Assembly: GCA_050084985.1 (NCBI GenBank)
Contig: JBITNC010000001.1
Location: 103,044,001-103,108,000 of the forward strand
Length of the DNA: 64,000 nt
Direction: 5' to 3'
Source of the DNA: Nageia nagi
Taxonomy: Eukaryota; Plantae; Pinophyta
Part shown: positions 12,065-24,285 of the stretch, one piece after another
Position numbering within the stretch: position 1 is the first letter of the stretch
Layout: each line of letters starts with the position of its first letter
The notes under the pieces: generated by a model
The model's database searches: none
What the model saw: only the letters and a program-made list of their open reading frames with translations
What the model was told of the DNA's origin: nothing
Made by a program: the position numbers and the translations under genes

Positions 12065-15000
12065 ATGGCTTCCAGTGTCAAACCACCTCCATCAAGGACC
12101 AAGAAAATTCAAGGCCAGTTATTTGAGAGACATGTGACCAAAAGTCAGATGACTCAGCTTTCGAAAGAAAAACCTGATTGGATTTTAGGAGAGAGAGAGA
12201 GAGACTAGAGCTCCTTGAAGCCAAATTCAAGGGAAGATACATCTTTGTTGGTGATACAGACTGGGGAAACTTAGACCCCATCTAGACATTAGCCTGCGCA
12301 GCCTCCATTAGTAAGGAGGACTTATCGGAAGAGCTCATCCACACGTGGCTTGTTCAATGCCACTATGATGCCTTTTGCATTACCTTTTTTTGACTTGAGC
12401 TGTGAGGTGGCTAGGAAATGTGAATATTACAAGAGTCTTACGGGACACAGAGGGAAATGTAATCGTAAATTTCTCCCCTACTAGAATTGAAGCAGCCTTT
12501 GGCTGGAGAAGATATGGGGACGATTACACGTTGGCACACTTTGAAGAATTCCATGATTCAATGCCCCGGCTCGAGGACTACATTCAGCTTTGGTTGTTGG
12601 AAGATTACCAAAATCTTCAAGGTCAGAGGTCGATTATCGCTCGTAGAGAGGAGTTCTTGCTTGTTGTAGCCAAGTTGATCACTCTCTTATCGAGGGTTAC
12701 TGGTCAGAAAAACGATGCTAAGTACAGGAGCGAGTTCACGGGCTTCATTGTAGCTATCAGCTCGGGGAGAGCTATCCAATGGGCTAGGGTAATTAGTGAT
12801 GCCCTACGCCACCAATTAGCCTACTTTGGCTCCTCGAAGAGATTCTATATGAACTCTTATCTTTTATACCTGTTACTACATGGCAAGGTTAGATCCAAGG
12901 AGTTGGTTGACGAAAGATATTTAGGGCAAAAGAACACCCTCGTGTGGCGAGCTTATCCAAAGTGGTGGTACCAGAACAAGTTCCAACATTTCCGTGAAAG
13001 GAATGATCATTGGGAGTATGATATCTACAAAAAACATCAAAGGGGAGTCCGTGGTAAAGAGGATTTTTGATGCAGCTGTCCAAGCTATCAATGTACATTC
13101 AGATTTCTTTCTGCATAATGTTGACCATACATTCATGAGAGTGTATGGCTCAGAGGAGTGACCCCTCCTCCTACCAAGATATGCTAGTGACAGGATGATC
13201 CTGATGGAGTTTGCTAGACAACGTTTGTTCTTGAAGGAGAAAGTTTGGAAGAAGAAGAATGCAACCATCAATTTGCCTATCTCAATAGCAAAATATGTGT
13301 GTCAAACGTGGGTTGAGGCAACCAATATGAAGAAGCTGCAACAATATGCCTTTTCCAAGGAGGTGGCTGCGAGAAACTATGATCCTTGGGGTATAATTGC
13401 ACATTTCTATGACATTGCATTCCACAAACCTATTGCGTTTTTGCATAAGTCTTTGGGGAATGTGGAAAAATATTGGAATGTGCAGGATGAAGAGGAGATT
13501 GCAAGGATAGATGCTCTTCTGAGCAAGAAAAAAGCTCCCCTCCAAGAGGAAAAACCACCTCAGAGACCCCGAACCACAAAGCCTAGATCTAAAGAGGTCT
13601 CTCTTAGGATCAAGTCGTCTCCTTCCCCTATTCGTATTGCATCTCTACCAGGAAAGACGTTCTTGCTTCCTGTTGGAAAGAGGAAAGAGGTTCTGAGGGA
13701 ACATATTATGGGTCCCAACAAGTGCAATGTAGTGGTGGTTGATCTCAAGGACACTGGTTATCACGCTCTCCCCTCGAACGTGCTAGACAATGTAGTGGAT
13801 GAGGCTTGTGCCAGTGATTCACCCACCAAAGCAATCCCTTCCAGACTCACTCATTCTCTTGGATGCAAGGAGAAAGTTCCCCCTTTGCAACCAAGTTCCA
13901 CTTCTTCGAGTCTGGCCATATAGTGGAAGATTCCAAAGAAGAATTAGAAACCCATGGTGGAAGAGAAGAAGAAGAAGAAGAAGATGATGATGATGCTACC
14001 CCTGTCCCTGAGCAAGAGGATGTAGCTATACGTGCTTCTGCACTCGATGAGACGGAGTTCGAAACTCTCTCGGATGATAATGAGATAGTGGACGTTGGAA
14101 CATATGATGATGACATCCAAATCGTTGGAGAGAAGTGTGCTAGAGAGATGGTTGCCTCCAAACCTTCTCCTGTTGAGCATAGGATGAAGTCCCCTTCCTC
14201 TTCGTATAAATCCTCCACAAAGAGGATGAGCCATGAGAGATCTCCCCAGCCACAGAATAAAGGCATATCTATAGGCGGTAATTGAAGAGATGAGGAAGAT
14301 GTAGGAGAGATTGAGGAACAAAAGAAGAGAAGGCAGGAAGAGCACCAAGGCAAGGAGATCGTTGTAGTTCAGACCACCAACGAAAGAGGTCAAGAAGATT
14401 GACAGAGGAAGATTGTTGGTTCAAAGATTTCCTCCTCAACCAGCAACCGAGCATCCGGATCTTGACCTAGATGCCTGCCTTAGAACCCTTAGCATGAGCA
14501 CAACTCATGATGAAGATATAGACCAGGATCTGCGCTTCGAAGATGAGGAAGAAGAGCTTTCAGATGGTGAGAAAATTTGAAGGGTTGACATGTTTGTTTC
14601 CACTTCTCGAAATGAATCCATCAGCCATTGCTATTCGAAGGAGAAACACCCTTAGAGAGTAGAGGATTGTGTCATTGAGACATTCAAGATGCCTGTGAAG
14701 CTAGGATTGATAGCCCTTAAACACAGTCACCCAGAATGCTATAGTCATGGAGCAAGAATGCTATGAAGCTAAGAAGGAGGTAAAGAGATTAAAAAGGAAA
14801 ATCATCAAGGAGTTCCAGAAAGTCAGTACCACCCCCTTAGATCTGTAAAAGCAGACCTCCTACCATGAGGGATGGGAAGTGATGGAGCAGCTAAAGAAGG
14901 AAGTGATGGAGGTTATTGAGAGATTGTCTTCTCGAATTTACAAGCTCCTCTCTAAAGGTGTGGAAATCAGGGACCTCAAGATGCAAATCTCAACACACCT

Positions 15001-15533
15001 TAGTACGTTGGATAGCCATCTTCCCAACGTCTCCCATCTGCAACATATTTATGCTGACAATCTCGAGATGCTAGTCTACTGCCATGAGTTCACTTATCAT
15101 CAGGATTGTTTGAACCATGCACTTGAAAAATGCAATGCAGCCCTGAAAATCATAATCCCCTTGAGAAAGGAGGTCGAGGAACAAATGAGTGAATAGCAGC
15201 TCAAGTTCCAAGGGGATGACAACAATGTGAGAAAGGAGGAGGTGGTGCTGGTAGAGGCTCAGAATCTAATATCGGAGCATCTTGATGTCTACGATCTCAG
15301 CTTGCTGAAGGAAGGGCATCCCATCATCCATGAGAGACAGATGGTCATCTAGAGACACCAGATGCAAGCTACATTGAAGAAGATGGAAGACTACTTTCGG
15401 AAGAATGGTAGCACCGTTGGCATGATTTCCAGGGGTGTACAAAAGACTAGCATTCTTGGAAGAGACCATTGAGCCGTACAATCTCACCGACGAGGAGTGG
15501 AACTTTGCCAGTATCGGATCAGATTTGGCCTAG
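12065..15533 (+). pseudogene. Decayed long ORF (~1150 codons) of unit B, unknown protein
   Basis: Starts MASSVKPPPSR. Fragments 12402-13070 (WARVISDALRHQL...FYMNSYLLYLLL), 13195-13923, 13863-14285 (acidic) and 14879-15196 (coiled-coil-like). No gag, PR, RT, RH or INT motifs. Confidence 0.8.
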
Positions 15534-17799
15534 GTCTAATCCACCTGCAGATTCTATCTGTGGTTTCTTTTCTTTTGTTAAATGCATATTTGATGATGGT
15601 TGTTAGATTAGACTTTACTTCACTTGATTTGACTGGTGTAGGGATGAGGTTTTACTCTCGCCAGATCGAATCAATCAGACTTATTTATGGCTCTGACCGG
15701 TGCAGGGATGAGGTTTTGCTCCCATCGGTTCAGATGTTAGACTTCTTTATTGCACATCTGATTTACTTTTGAGTAGCTTAGAAGTAGGTTAAATGCATGT
15801 TAGTTGTGGCATTTATGTTTTGTCAGACTTTTAAGTGCCACTTACATCGATTCATGTAGGTAATATGATTTTGTTTTGATATGTGTGTTGCGTGTGTGCA
15901 CATCATATTGGATTTGATGCCTTTAGGGCAATGCTTTTAGTGGCCTATTTATACCCCATCTTGGCCATTTAGAAGGGGATTTTAGCATTTGGGATATTTG
16001 CATTGGAGGAATTTTGCAATTTTGCACTTGGAATACTGCATGATATTACGCATTGTTGTATATGTGAGACTTTGCACTTACTAGAAATATTGCATATTGA
16101 AGAACTTGCATTTTGGGATGCTAGCTACAAGCTTTTATATGTGCAAGAATTTTGTTCATCATTGAATATCATTATGAATGTATTTCTTTTGAGGAATGAG
16201 ATTATAAAGTTTATACTGTGAAGGATGTCATTTGTGGGATCATGCATATACGAGTAACTTTACTTTTGGGGTTGTATACTGAATATTCATTGAAGTAGTT
16301 TGAGTTTTCTTTGCATGGTTTGCATATAAGTGGATGTATTTTGAGGCTTATAGCTTGTCTTTATATCATTCGGTTAGGTTCTTGCACTCATGCCCTCACT
16401 TTATTCATTTCCCCACCGAGTTTTCCACCAAGACCCTACAGCTTCTTGCTCTCGTCTGGTAGTGATTTGAGCATATTTTGCTATTTGCTACTCGACTTGA
16501 TAGTGAGTGTACCGAGACATTGCATCACTAGTGATATCTTCATAAGTTCACCCTTCCTTGTATTCCTTTGCATTTATCCCTTTGTTTTGTCCCTGCATTT
16601 GTGATCTTTCTTCGCTTTCGTTCACATTTGTAGTCTTTACTTATTGTGGAAAGGAACTCTAGCGTGGTATTTCCCTTGTATACGGTTTACAATATGCATC
16701 TCTGACTACTGAGCCTTAAAGACCATATTCCATGTGAGCGCTTGGGGTAACCAGTCCTTTCAGGCAGAAACAAGTAACGCTGTTTCCTCCAAATCTTGTG
16801 CATGTTTTGGACTAGTAAAGAAAAACATACCAACAATATATTAGTTTTGTTGATGGTTTTTGCTTTGATAGTATTAGGGTTTGTTTTTGCTGTTTTAGGG
16901 CAACATTGCCATTAATGCTAGGGTAACTCTTCATTTAATGAAGTTGTCAGACATTATGTTATAAGTACCCTAGTTGGGTCATTTTGTAGGAGATGTGTTT
17001 TTTGGGGAGAAGTTTTGGAGTTGAAGCTTCCAATTGCATGCATTGTTTCATCATTTTGGGAAGTTCTAATATTAATGCAAGTGATGCCTTTTCATTTCAT
17101 GGGATTCTGGATTTGCTACATAGCATGCTTGGTATGCTATTAGTTATTTGTATGTTTACGAGCATTTTCTATGAAAGTTCAGCACTTTAGGAAAAGCAAG
17201 TTGAATATCTTTCTTAAGCATATAAATAGCCGTTTCTCAAATTTGTATAAAGTTGTATTTTGGGATCCTTCACTCTTATGTCATTTGATTAGAAATTTTC
17301 ATTGGGAAGATAAATGAATGTTTCACTTCACCCATTGTCCACCTTGACTACTGCCCTGTGCTCTTGCCTAGAAGCGATTTGGACCTGGTAGTTCTCTTCC
17401 TTGCTTGATAATCCACATGAATATTCTTAATAAATCTGAGAGATAATTGCACAACGGTGATAAGCCATCACATATCCATCCCATCACTCTCCAATTCCAT
17501 CGATTGATCAGTCCCATCCTCACACTTTCTGCTTTTACATAATGTCACAAGAACACTAGTGGTAAAGAGCCCAATAGGTCCGTAGAAATTGTGAGTTAAT
17601 TACCTCGAGCACATCCTCACTTGAGCCATCTTGTGATAAAAAGCGAAACACACAATCATCAAACCACCATTACTCATCATTTGACATATCACAAAATAAA
17701 CTTTGGGGTTAGAGTCCTTTCAAGTGGGGGTAGGTACCGCTACCTCACCTTTGTGGTGTTGTTTCCCACGGGGGGGGCGGGAAGAAACTCACGTCAACA

Positions 17800-18830
17800 T
17801 CGAGTTAAGGCTAAATTAGACTATTTTTGAAATTTGGCAAATTTAGCACCATATGATTGCAAAAGAATTGGTAGTTCTTTGAAGGGCCTCCTTCTACCAA
17901 AATATCCATTCTCCTCTCCAACAGGCCAAGGAACCAGGTTCTATACTTGCTGAATATGTTTTATTGTAGGAGGGTATAACAAAAAAGAGGTATTCATGAT
18001 AAACCTAGACCTAGAAGGTTGTGGGTAATTAAGATCCCATAGAATTTCAAACTGCATGGGAGTAATGATCAAAAAGGAAAAACAGAACCTCGCAATGGAA
18101 ATACTGGAATAGATAATTCAGGACTGAAATCAAATTGGGGCTGGCTGGAAAGCATAGCTCTACCAAGTCTCTTTTCTACTAATTTCTCTATCGAAAATTT
18201 GATCAAGCATTGCAAACAACGGAGTTGCATTGATGCTTTTGTAACTGAAGAATCAGGGTCAAAGAGGCCAAGGGTTTGCTTGAAAAAACACCATGCCTCC
18301 CTCTCTCTTATAAACTAGTGTTAAGAAAGTGATTCAATCTTAACCTACTGCAATTCCACTATGTTAAAATCACCACATATAATCCATGTTGCAAGGGGAA
18401 TATTTTCTATTAACCATCTCTAAAGCTTGCAAGATTCATCAACAGCATATCTACATACTCCTTCAAATCATAAGATAAGTCAATTTCAATTCATACATAC
18501 TGCGGAGATCAGAGTAAAATTGTGGCTACTCATGGTAAATAAACCTGCCTAAGGGCCTAGCTAAATGCTCTATAAATGGTCACAAAGGCAATGGTAAACC
18601 AGGTAATTCTATGCGTATTGGAATTTTGAAGGCAGAAAAATCAGAAACAATAAGGTTTTTTGCTCAACGGAAAAAAACAAGCGAGGAACTATGGATATAC
18701 CAAGGACCATGGTTAACAATAGTATCTCAATGCTCAGGAATGGTAAAATGAAAAAAAAAAAACTTGATCAAATTTTGTGCTGCATTTAATTTAATCCTGT
18801 GGGAATCCCAAGTGGAATTAGCTCAAGCAC
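17800..18830 (-). pseudogene. LINE ORF2 AP-endonuclease domain fragment
   Basis: Minus strand gives PLATWIICGDFNIVE, KRLGRAM (RLDR motif) and FDHYS (SDH motif) in the expected order. Confidence 0.8.
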
Positions 18831-19333
18831 ACACATTATCTTTAGAAGAGATTCAACCAATATAGTAACCTATTAGGGTAAAACTCTCAAGCCAAACACA
18901 TGCATTTTCAAATTCTTAAACAAGAAGCACAATGTCTCATATAGTATCAGTACCAAATTGAGCTTTGGGGGTTGCTATAACCGAAATAGCAGCCTCCTCC
19001 AAAGAGGCAATGATAAAAAACTGCCTTCATGCCGTGTATATTATTAATGCAAAGATAAATTTTATTCTTTTCTCAGAACATCACGCCTGTTTACATTGTG
19101 TAACTTTAGCATTGTTTATATGCATTGTATTAGGAAAATAAATTCTGATATCATCTTGAACTGTTCGCTAGTATGGGTTCCTAGCATCAGAAGTGCCAGT
19201 TGTATCCATGAATCTTTTAGTTAAAAATCTAATGCAGCAAGCGGTATTGATTTTTTTTTTACGAGTTAATGAGAATTCTTTAAATAAACACTCTTTCAGT
19301 TCTTGATGATTTGAAATTGCTTTTCATGTCTAG

Positions 19334-19405
19334 GCAAAAGCAATGAAAGAGCAGGCTCAACTACGGGAAGAAATGAATTATCAGTTTAGATTGGGTAATT
19401 ACGAG
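19334..19405 (+). CDS. Penultimate coding exon of an At5g53800-like 'nucleic acid-binding protein' gene
   Basis: ag|GCA...GAG|gt, 72 bp, AKAMKEQAQLREEMNYQFRLGNYE. Matches the conserved C-terminus I recall for this plant family (recall, not a search). Confidence 0.8.
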
Positions 19406-19494
19406 GTACGGTCCTTTCCTGGAAGAATGTACTTCTTTTCCGGTTACCAACAGTGGGTAACCATTTTATTTTTATTCTTCATGTCTGATATCAG

Positions 19495-19542
19495 GCTGCT
19501 GCTGCAATTCAAAAGAGGTTGGATCCTGATGCACCAGCATGA
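19495..19542 (+). CDS. Last coding exon of the same gene
   Basis: Follows an 89-bp GT-AG intron (19406-19494) and encodes AAAAIQKRLDPDAPA* in frame. AATAAA at ~19782. Confidence 0.82.
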   Translation, partial: AAAAIQKRLDPDAPA

Positions 19543-20942
19543 ATACATCATGAGGACTTAAAAATGCAAGATGTTCAGAATGCCTGATGATCGATGACTT
19601 AAAAATCCATCATCGTTTGTAAGCTTGTCAAACATTGATTGATGTATTAGCATTTTTTTCATGAAAGATATGCATTGTTTATCATCATCGATCTTATAAA
19701 GGAGGTAGATTGCAACTGTCAGATAGTATTGTTCTCTGTATTCACTCTGGTTGCTCATTCAAGCACATAATAGCTGTCAATAATAAAGTTAGAGACATTT
19801 GCTTTTCCTCCTCAATGAATTATTTTGCATTCTATTTCATTCAACATTTGATCTGGTGTTTTCTGTTCTCTCTGATGTATTCGCTTTGTAAGATTAAGTA
19901 TTAACAAAGGAGAATCAGAGATCACATCATTGGCACTTGATTGGTGACATATAGTGAGGACATGGTAATTTCAGTTCTCTTGCACAATAATTTGACGCTC
20001 ATTTACAATGCTCTTGCAGAAAAGCACATTGGTTTTTTGTCATACAATGGCCATTCACAATATCTTCATTAATTTTCTATGGTATCCACTCATCTGTCTG
20101 CTCAACGGATGAGCGAAGTTTCTTTTCTATATGCCCAAATCATTAGAAATTCGATCAAAGATCTGCTAGTATTAATCTATGTTTTAGATAGCCTTGGTTT
20201 GTCATTCGTATTTTGAGCATATAAACTGAAACACGTGTTTGTATTTATTTGGGCACAAATATCCATTAATACATTTCATCTTTGGGCATGTGATTCTGAT
20301 ATTAACCTTCTGTTAGTAATGGAGAGTTTGAATCATTAATACTGATTTTTCTTTGGAGCCCTTGTATTTAAGTGTTTTAATCCGATGTGTGAAAGAAAAG
20401 GAGTCAACAACCTAAACTTATGTATTCATATGGATCACAACTTGTGGGAAGTGTTGAATGGGAGTAGCTAGGATAAGAAATGTATCTGGGACTTTTCAAA
20501 TGTATTATGTTATAAGGTGAAGGAATTTTTGTGTGTCGCTTCCCCTAAACCTCAAATCTATGCTGTAGATTTCAAACAAGATCATTTTATTTTAATATTA
20601 TTGAATTTTCAACATCCGATAAAGTAGTATTGGCTGAGTTACTATAAAATTGGGGTCTTACACCCAATTCGCGTCATAAGCTGCAAATTGGTGAACTGTT
20701 AGAGGATTTTTATGAGCAATTGGAAAATTAGGCACTACCTAACACTTCAATTTTCAACTCATACTGATCCGTTTTGAGAAAGTTATTGCATTTTTGCAAT
20801 TTCCTTTTATCAAGAAAAAAACACAATTCAATCAAGCTTTTGGTGGAAGTGTTCTGTTATAGCAATTTTGGGTTTATTTTGAATAATCTTTTGAGAGTTT
20901 GAAATCAAGTGGGTTATTCACCAAATTCTTTTGGGATATGAG

Positions 20943-21625
20943 CAAGGTTCCATAGTGAGTTGGGAGCGATGGAGCATATGGAGCGCGCTTCGGAAGTCCA
21001 AAGCGGCAAAGGGTCATTTTTAGGGAGTGGTTCTGATTCGGTAGGAGGAGCGGCTAGTAGAAAATCCTTAGCATTTTTAGATGTTTTCATGTTCATTGTT
21101 TCTAATTCATTTTTACTATCAAATATGAATTTAAATTACAAAACATAATGATAATATCATAATATTAATTAAGTATGAATCTGGCAAAAATGAGAAATCA
21201 AAACAAACCATAATGTCATTAAATCACAAACAAGTATGAATCACTTTAGTAGTTAGTACATAATGTCATAATATCAAAATGAGTCATAATATCATACTAG
21301 CAAAATGCCAAAGACGGAAAATAGCAAAACCATAACCATCAAGTATCCAACTATGGTTTTTATTTTAAGTTTTGACCCTTTTTTTTAAAAAAAATCATGT
21401 GCAATTTTTTTTAGTGTTGTCGGAGCTTTTCAACCGCTACGGAGCGCTCGGAGCTTCTTAGCCGCTGTCGGAGCTTCGTAGATGCTCTAGAGCTGCTTTG
21501 GGAGTGGCTAGCTGCTTCAGAGGCGCTCTGAACGGTAGGAGCCTGGTTCGATCCGCTATGGCCAATATGGAGTGTTGAGAGCCGCTCAGACGCTCTGGAT
21601 CGGCCGGAACGACTAGAGAACATCG
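20943..21625. mobile_element. Putative non-autonomous hAT-like element (MITE-like)
   Basis: Imperfect TIRs CAAGGTTCCATAGT / CGATGTTCTCTAGT(rc). GC-rich ends with clustered GGAGC/GAGCG motifs and an AT-rich middle. No TSD match found. Confidence 0.45.
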
Positions 21626-21765
21626 TCCAGCTATATATTTTAACAGAAGCATAATAATTTAAAAATATTTGGTTTGTTTTGAAGAAAATTTTGAGAAACT
21701 TTAAATGAAGGGTTTATTCTCTAAATTTTGAGTAGTAAATTTTTTTTTTCTTGGTTTCTAATAAA

Positions 21766-22075
21766 TGGTATCATGGATCATGAGAAAAAAAGTTATGATG
21801 AATATGATCTTGAAAAATTAGCTCATTTTATTTGGTCAATATTGGAGAATCTACATAAATTACAAATTAAAAGATTTGATGTTAATGATCCTTTTCATTG
21901 GATAAACAAGATTGAAACATAATTAGAATTTTATGTGCCAAAAAGGATAAGGGTTCATGTAGCAGCAAAATATTTAAGAAACAAAATTTGATAAGTGAAA
22001 AAATGTATAGTAAGTTGAAATGTCGAAAGTTTGTGGATATGGTCATTGAAAAATACGAGTCAAATAAATGATAAT
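21766..22075 (+). pseudogene. Ty3/Gypsy gag fragment
   Basis: RFDVNDPFHWINKIET*LEFYVPKRIRVHVAAKYL resembles the retrotransposon gag N-terminus; cut by the hAT insertion. Confidence 0.6.
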
Positions 22076-22850
22076 CTTAATTCCCATGTTTACAATTTGA
22101 TGAATAAGTGCCAAATTCAACGAATTTGACTAATTTTCATCTAAGCCATATTTACCTTCAAAAAATGCAATGTACTGCATCTTTATCTAGCAAAAAATAG
22201 GGACGAATTCAAGTACAATCAAATGCCAAATATGTCGAATAAACACACAAAAAACACAACTTTGATTGATCAACTCACAAAAATTGCAGGTATGAATATT
22301 CAACATTTAAATGCCAAAAAAGGCAAAAAGAGGCAAGAAAAGCCTCACCATAGAAGTAGAATGAGTGTTTTCACTTAACAGCTTGCGTACATGTTGAACT
22401 TATCATACTTGGCGATTAAACGTGTTAAGAACGACAAAAAAGGGTAAATGTGGCATGTATTCATCAACTCCACATAACCAAAACATGTTTTTTTGTTGAA
22501 CCATTGCATGTATACCCCAAATTTGCCAAACTTGGCTATTAGACGTCTAAAAAAGATGCAAAAAAGGCCAAAATTAGGACAAGTTCGTTGTGTGATAACT
22601 CCAATGTGGGATAAAGTGAAATAACTCTTCAAAAGTGACTCAAACTTTATTCATTTGGATCATTTATTATTTGTAGGCTTGGTATAAGCAAATTGTTGTG
22701 ATTTAGAGGTCTGAAATCACATTGTTGGAGGTTGAATTTCAAATTGGAGAACTTTGAGGGGACAATTGTGACTCCATTTTAGATTTTCCACTATGAGAGA
22801 AGATTGTTGGAGCTTGGAGGCCCTATTTCCAAATGTTCTTCATTTTCAAG

Positions 22851-24285
22851 ATGCCTAAGGAGTTGGATGAATTCTGGTAATATATGACACCATTGGAGGG
22901 CGTTGCAGGAAATTCAACATATCTCAAATGTAACCTTTGTGGAAAGGGATTCTGGAGAACAATTACAAGATTCAAAGGGTGTCTTTTTCAAATACCAAGG
23001 AAAGATGTGGAAAGTTGCCTAGTTGCAAGTCCAAATCTTGCCTTGGAGGTAGTAAGAGCCACAAATTCGATAACAAAGAAAAGAAGTAGGAGATAAGCAT
23101 TTTGAATGGATCTAGGGATGAGTTCTTATACAAGTGCAAGCTAAGCTACTTAAGGGATTGAAATTCCTTCCTACTTTGAGTCATAGATAAATCCTAGAGC
23201 CCAACTATGTATTACTATTATCTTACAAAAGAATGAGAAGAAACATGCAAACTTGATACTAGCCAAACTAATTTATTATGAAAGAGTTTTAATTAGCATT
23301 ACAGTGAGCCCTTTATGACTACCAACGTTCGGTACAACTTATGCGGTCAGGGTTGGCTACATGGTGCCCACTCATTTAGAAATGCAAGGGCCTCTTATGT
23401 AGGATCTAAAGTAGGAGTGCATGGAGAGGTATATATTAGATTTAATTATTAATTATTATTTTTTAAATATTTCTTTTCTTGTAGTTTTTAAATTGCATTT
23501 TTAGTTGCATTTTAAATTTAAGTTATTTTATTTTTATTTTGTTTTCTTTTTGTTTTAGATTGGTTGACATTTGAAATTCTTGGAAGTTATTGGGTTCAAC
23601 TATATTATCTGATGGGTGGACAAAGAATAAGGGTACAACCTTAATTAATTTACTAGCATATTCCAAACAAGGCACAATATTCTTGAGATCCATGGATGCA
23701 TCCACTCAAACAATGGTTCAAATATGTTATGTAACCTATTAGACCAATTTGTGAAGGACGTAGGGGTGGAACACGTTGTCCAAGTGGTCACGAACAATGT
23801 TGATAATTATGTTTCAGTTGGTAACAAGCTTATAGATAGACATTGCTCCATTTATTGGACTCCATGTGCTTGTCATTACAATGATCTTCTTCTGGAGGAT
23901 AGGAAAATTGGCTTGGGTGAAAGAGGTGGTTGACTAAGCAAGGGCAATCACCAAGTTCATTTATAATAAATTCATCATTCTTAGCATGATGAGGAGATAC
24001 ACCAACAATATGGAGTTGTTGTGCTTAGGAGTTACATGTTTTGCCTTCAATTTCATCTCTCTTCAATCAATATTTAGGTTCATGCATGAGATTTGTACAA
24101 ATGTTCGTTTCTAGAGAGTGGAGTGCTTCCCCCATGAGCACAAGGCCAAAGGGCTAGGTGATGGTTTCTTTGATAGGAAAGGATGATGATCAACACAGTT
24201 TGTGCAATGATTGGGTCACTTGTACGAGTCCTTTGTTTACTTGATGGTGATAGGCCTACTATGAGCTACTTGCATGAGGCCAAGA
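22851..24285 (+). pseudogene. hAT transposase, N-terminal part (BED finger, DUF659), intron 23429-23558
   Basis: LKCNLCGK...ITRFK; GSTILSDGWT; VGVEHVVQVVTNN; YWTPCACH; LDGDRPTMSYLHEAK. Confidence 0.9.

Larger units (their letters stand above)
10322..16835 (+). mobile_element. Unit B: giant TG...CA element (6.5 kb), homolog of unit A and nested in it
   Basis: TGTTG...CAACA termini. 5' end TGTTGTGCCTACACAACAC...TTTGAGGACCC matches A; 3' end TTGGGGT...AGTCCTTTCA...GTAACGCT...CAACA matches A. TSD is degenerate: GTATG/ATATA (two G/A transitions). Confidence 0.72.
2292..17799 (+). mobile_element. Unit A: giant TG...CA element (solo-LTR-like) with palindromic array and long ORF; ~6.6 kb without nested inserts
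   Basis: Begins TGTTAAC and ends GTCAACA. Perfect 5-bp TSD TCGAG (2287-2291, 17800-17804). It splits a LINE ORF2, and both ends are homologous to unit B. Confidence 0.8.

Noticed and set aside
13847-14393. Long minus-strand ORFs (168 and 149 aa)
   Set aside because: Shadow frames of the low-complexity acidic region of the unit B ORF.
18690-18744. TCAGGAATG|GT as the upstream exon ending ...SGM of the host gene
   Set aside because: The upstream frame (KKTSEELWIYQGPWLTIVSQC) does not resemble the charged sequence expected, and the region lies in the LINE remnant.
19343-19561. ORF-track 72-aa protein
   Set aside because: Reads through an 89-bp GT-AG intron; the spliced product is the conserved one.
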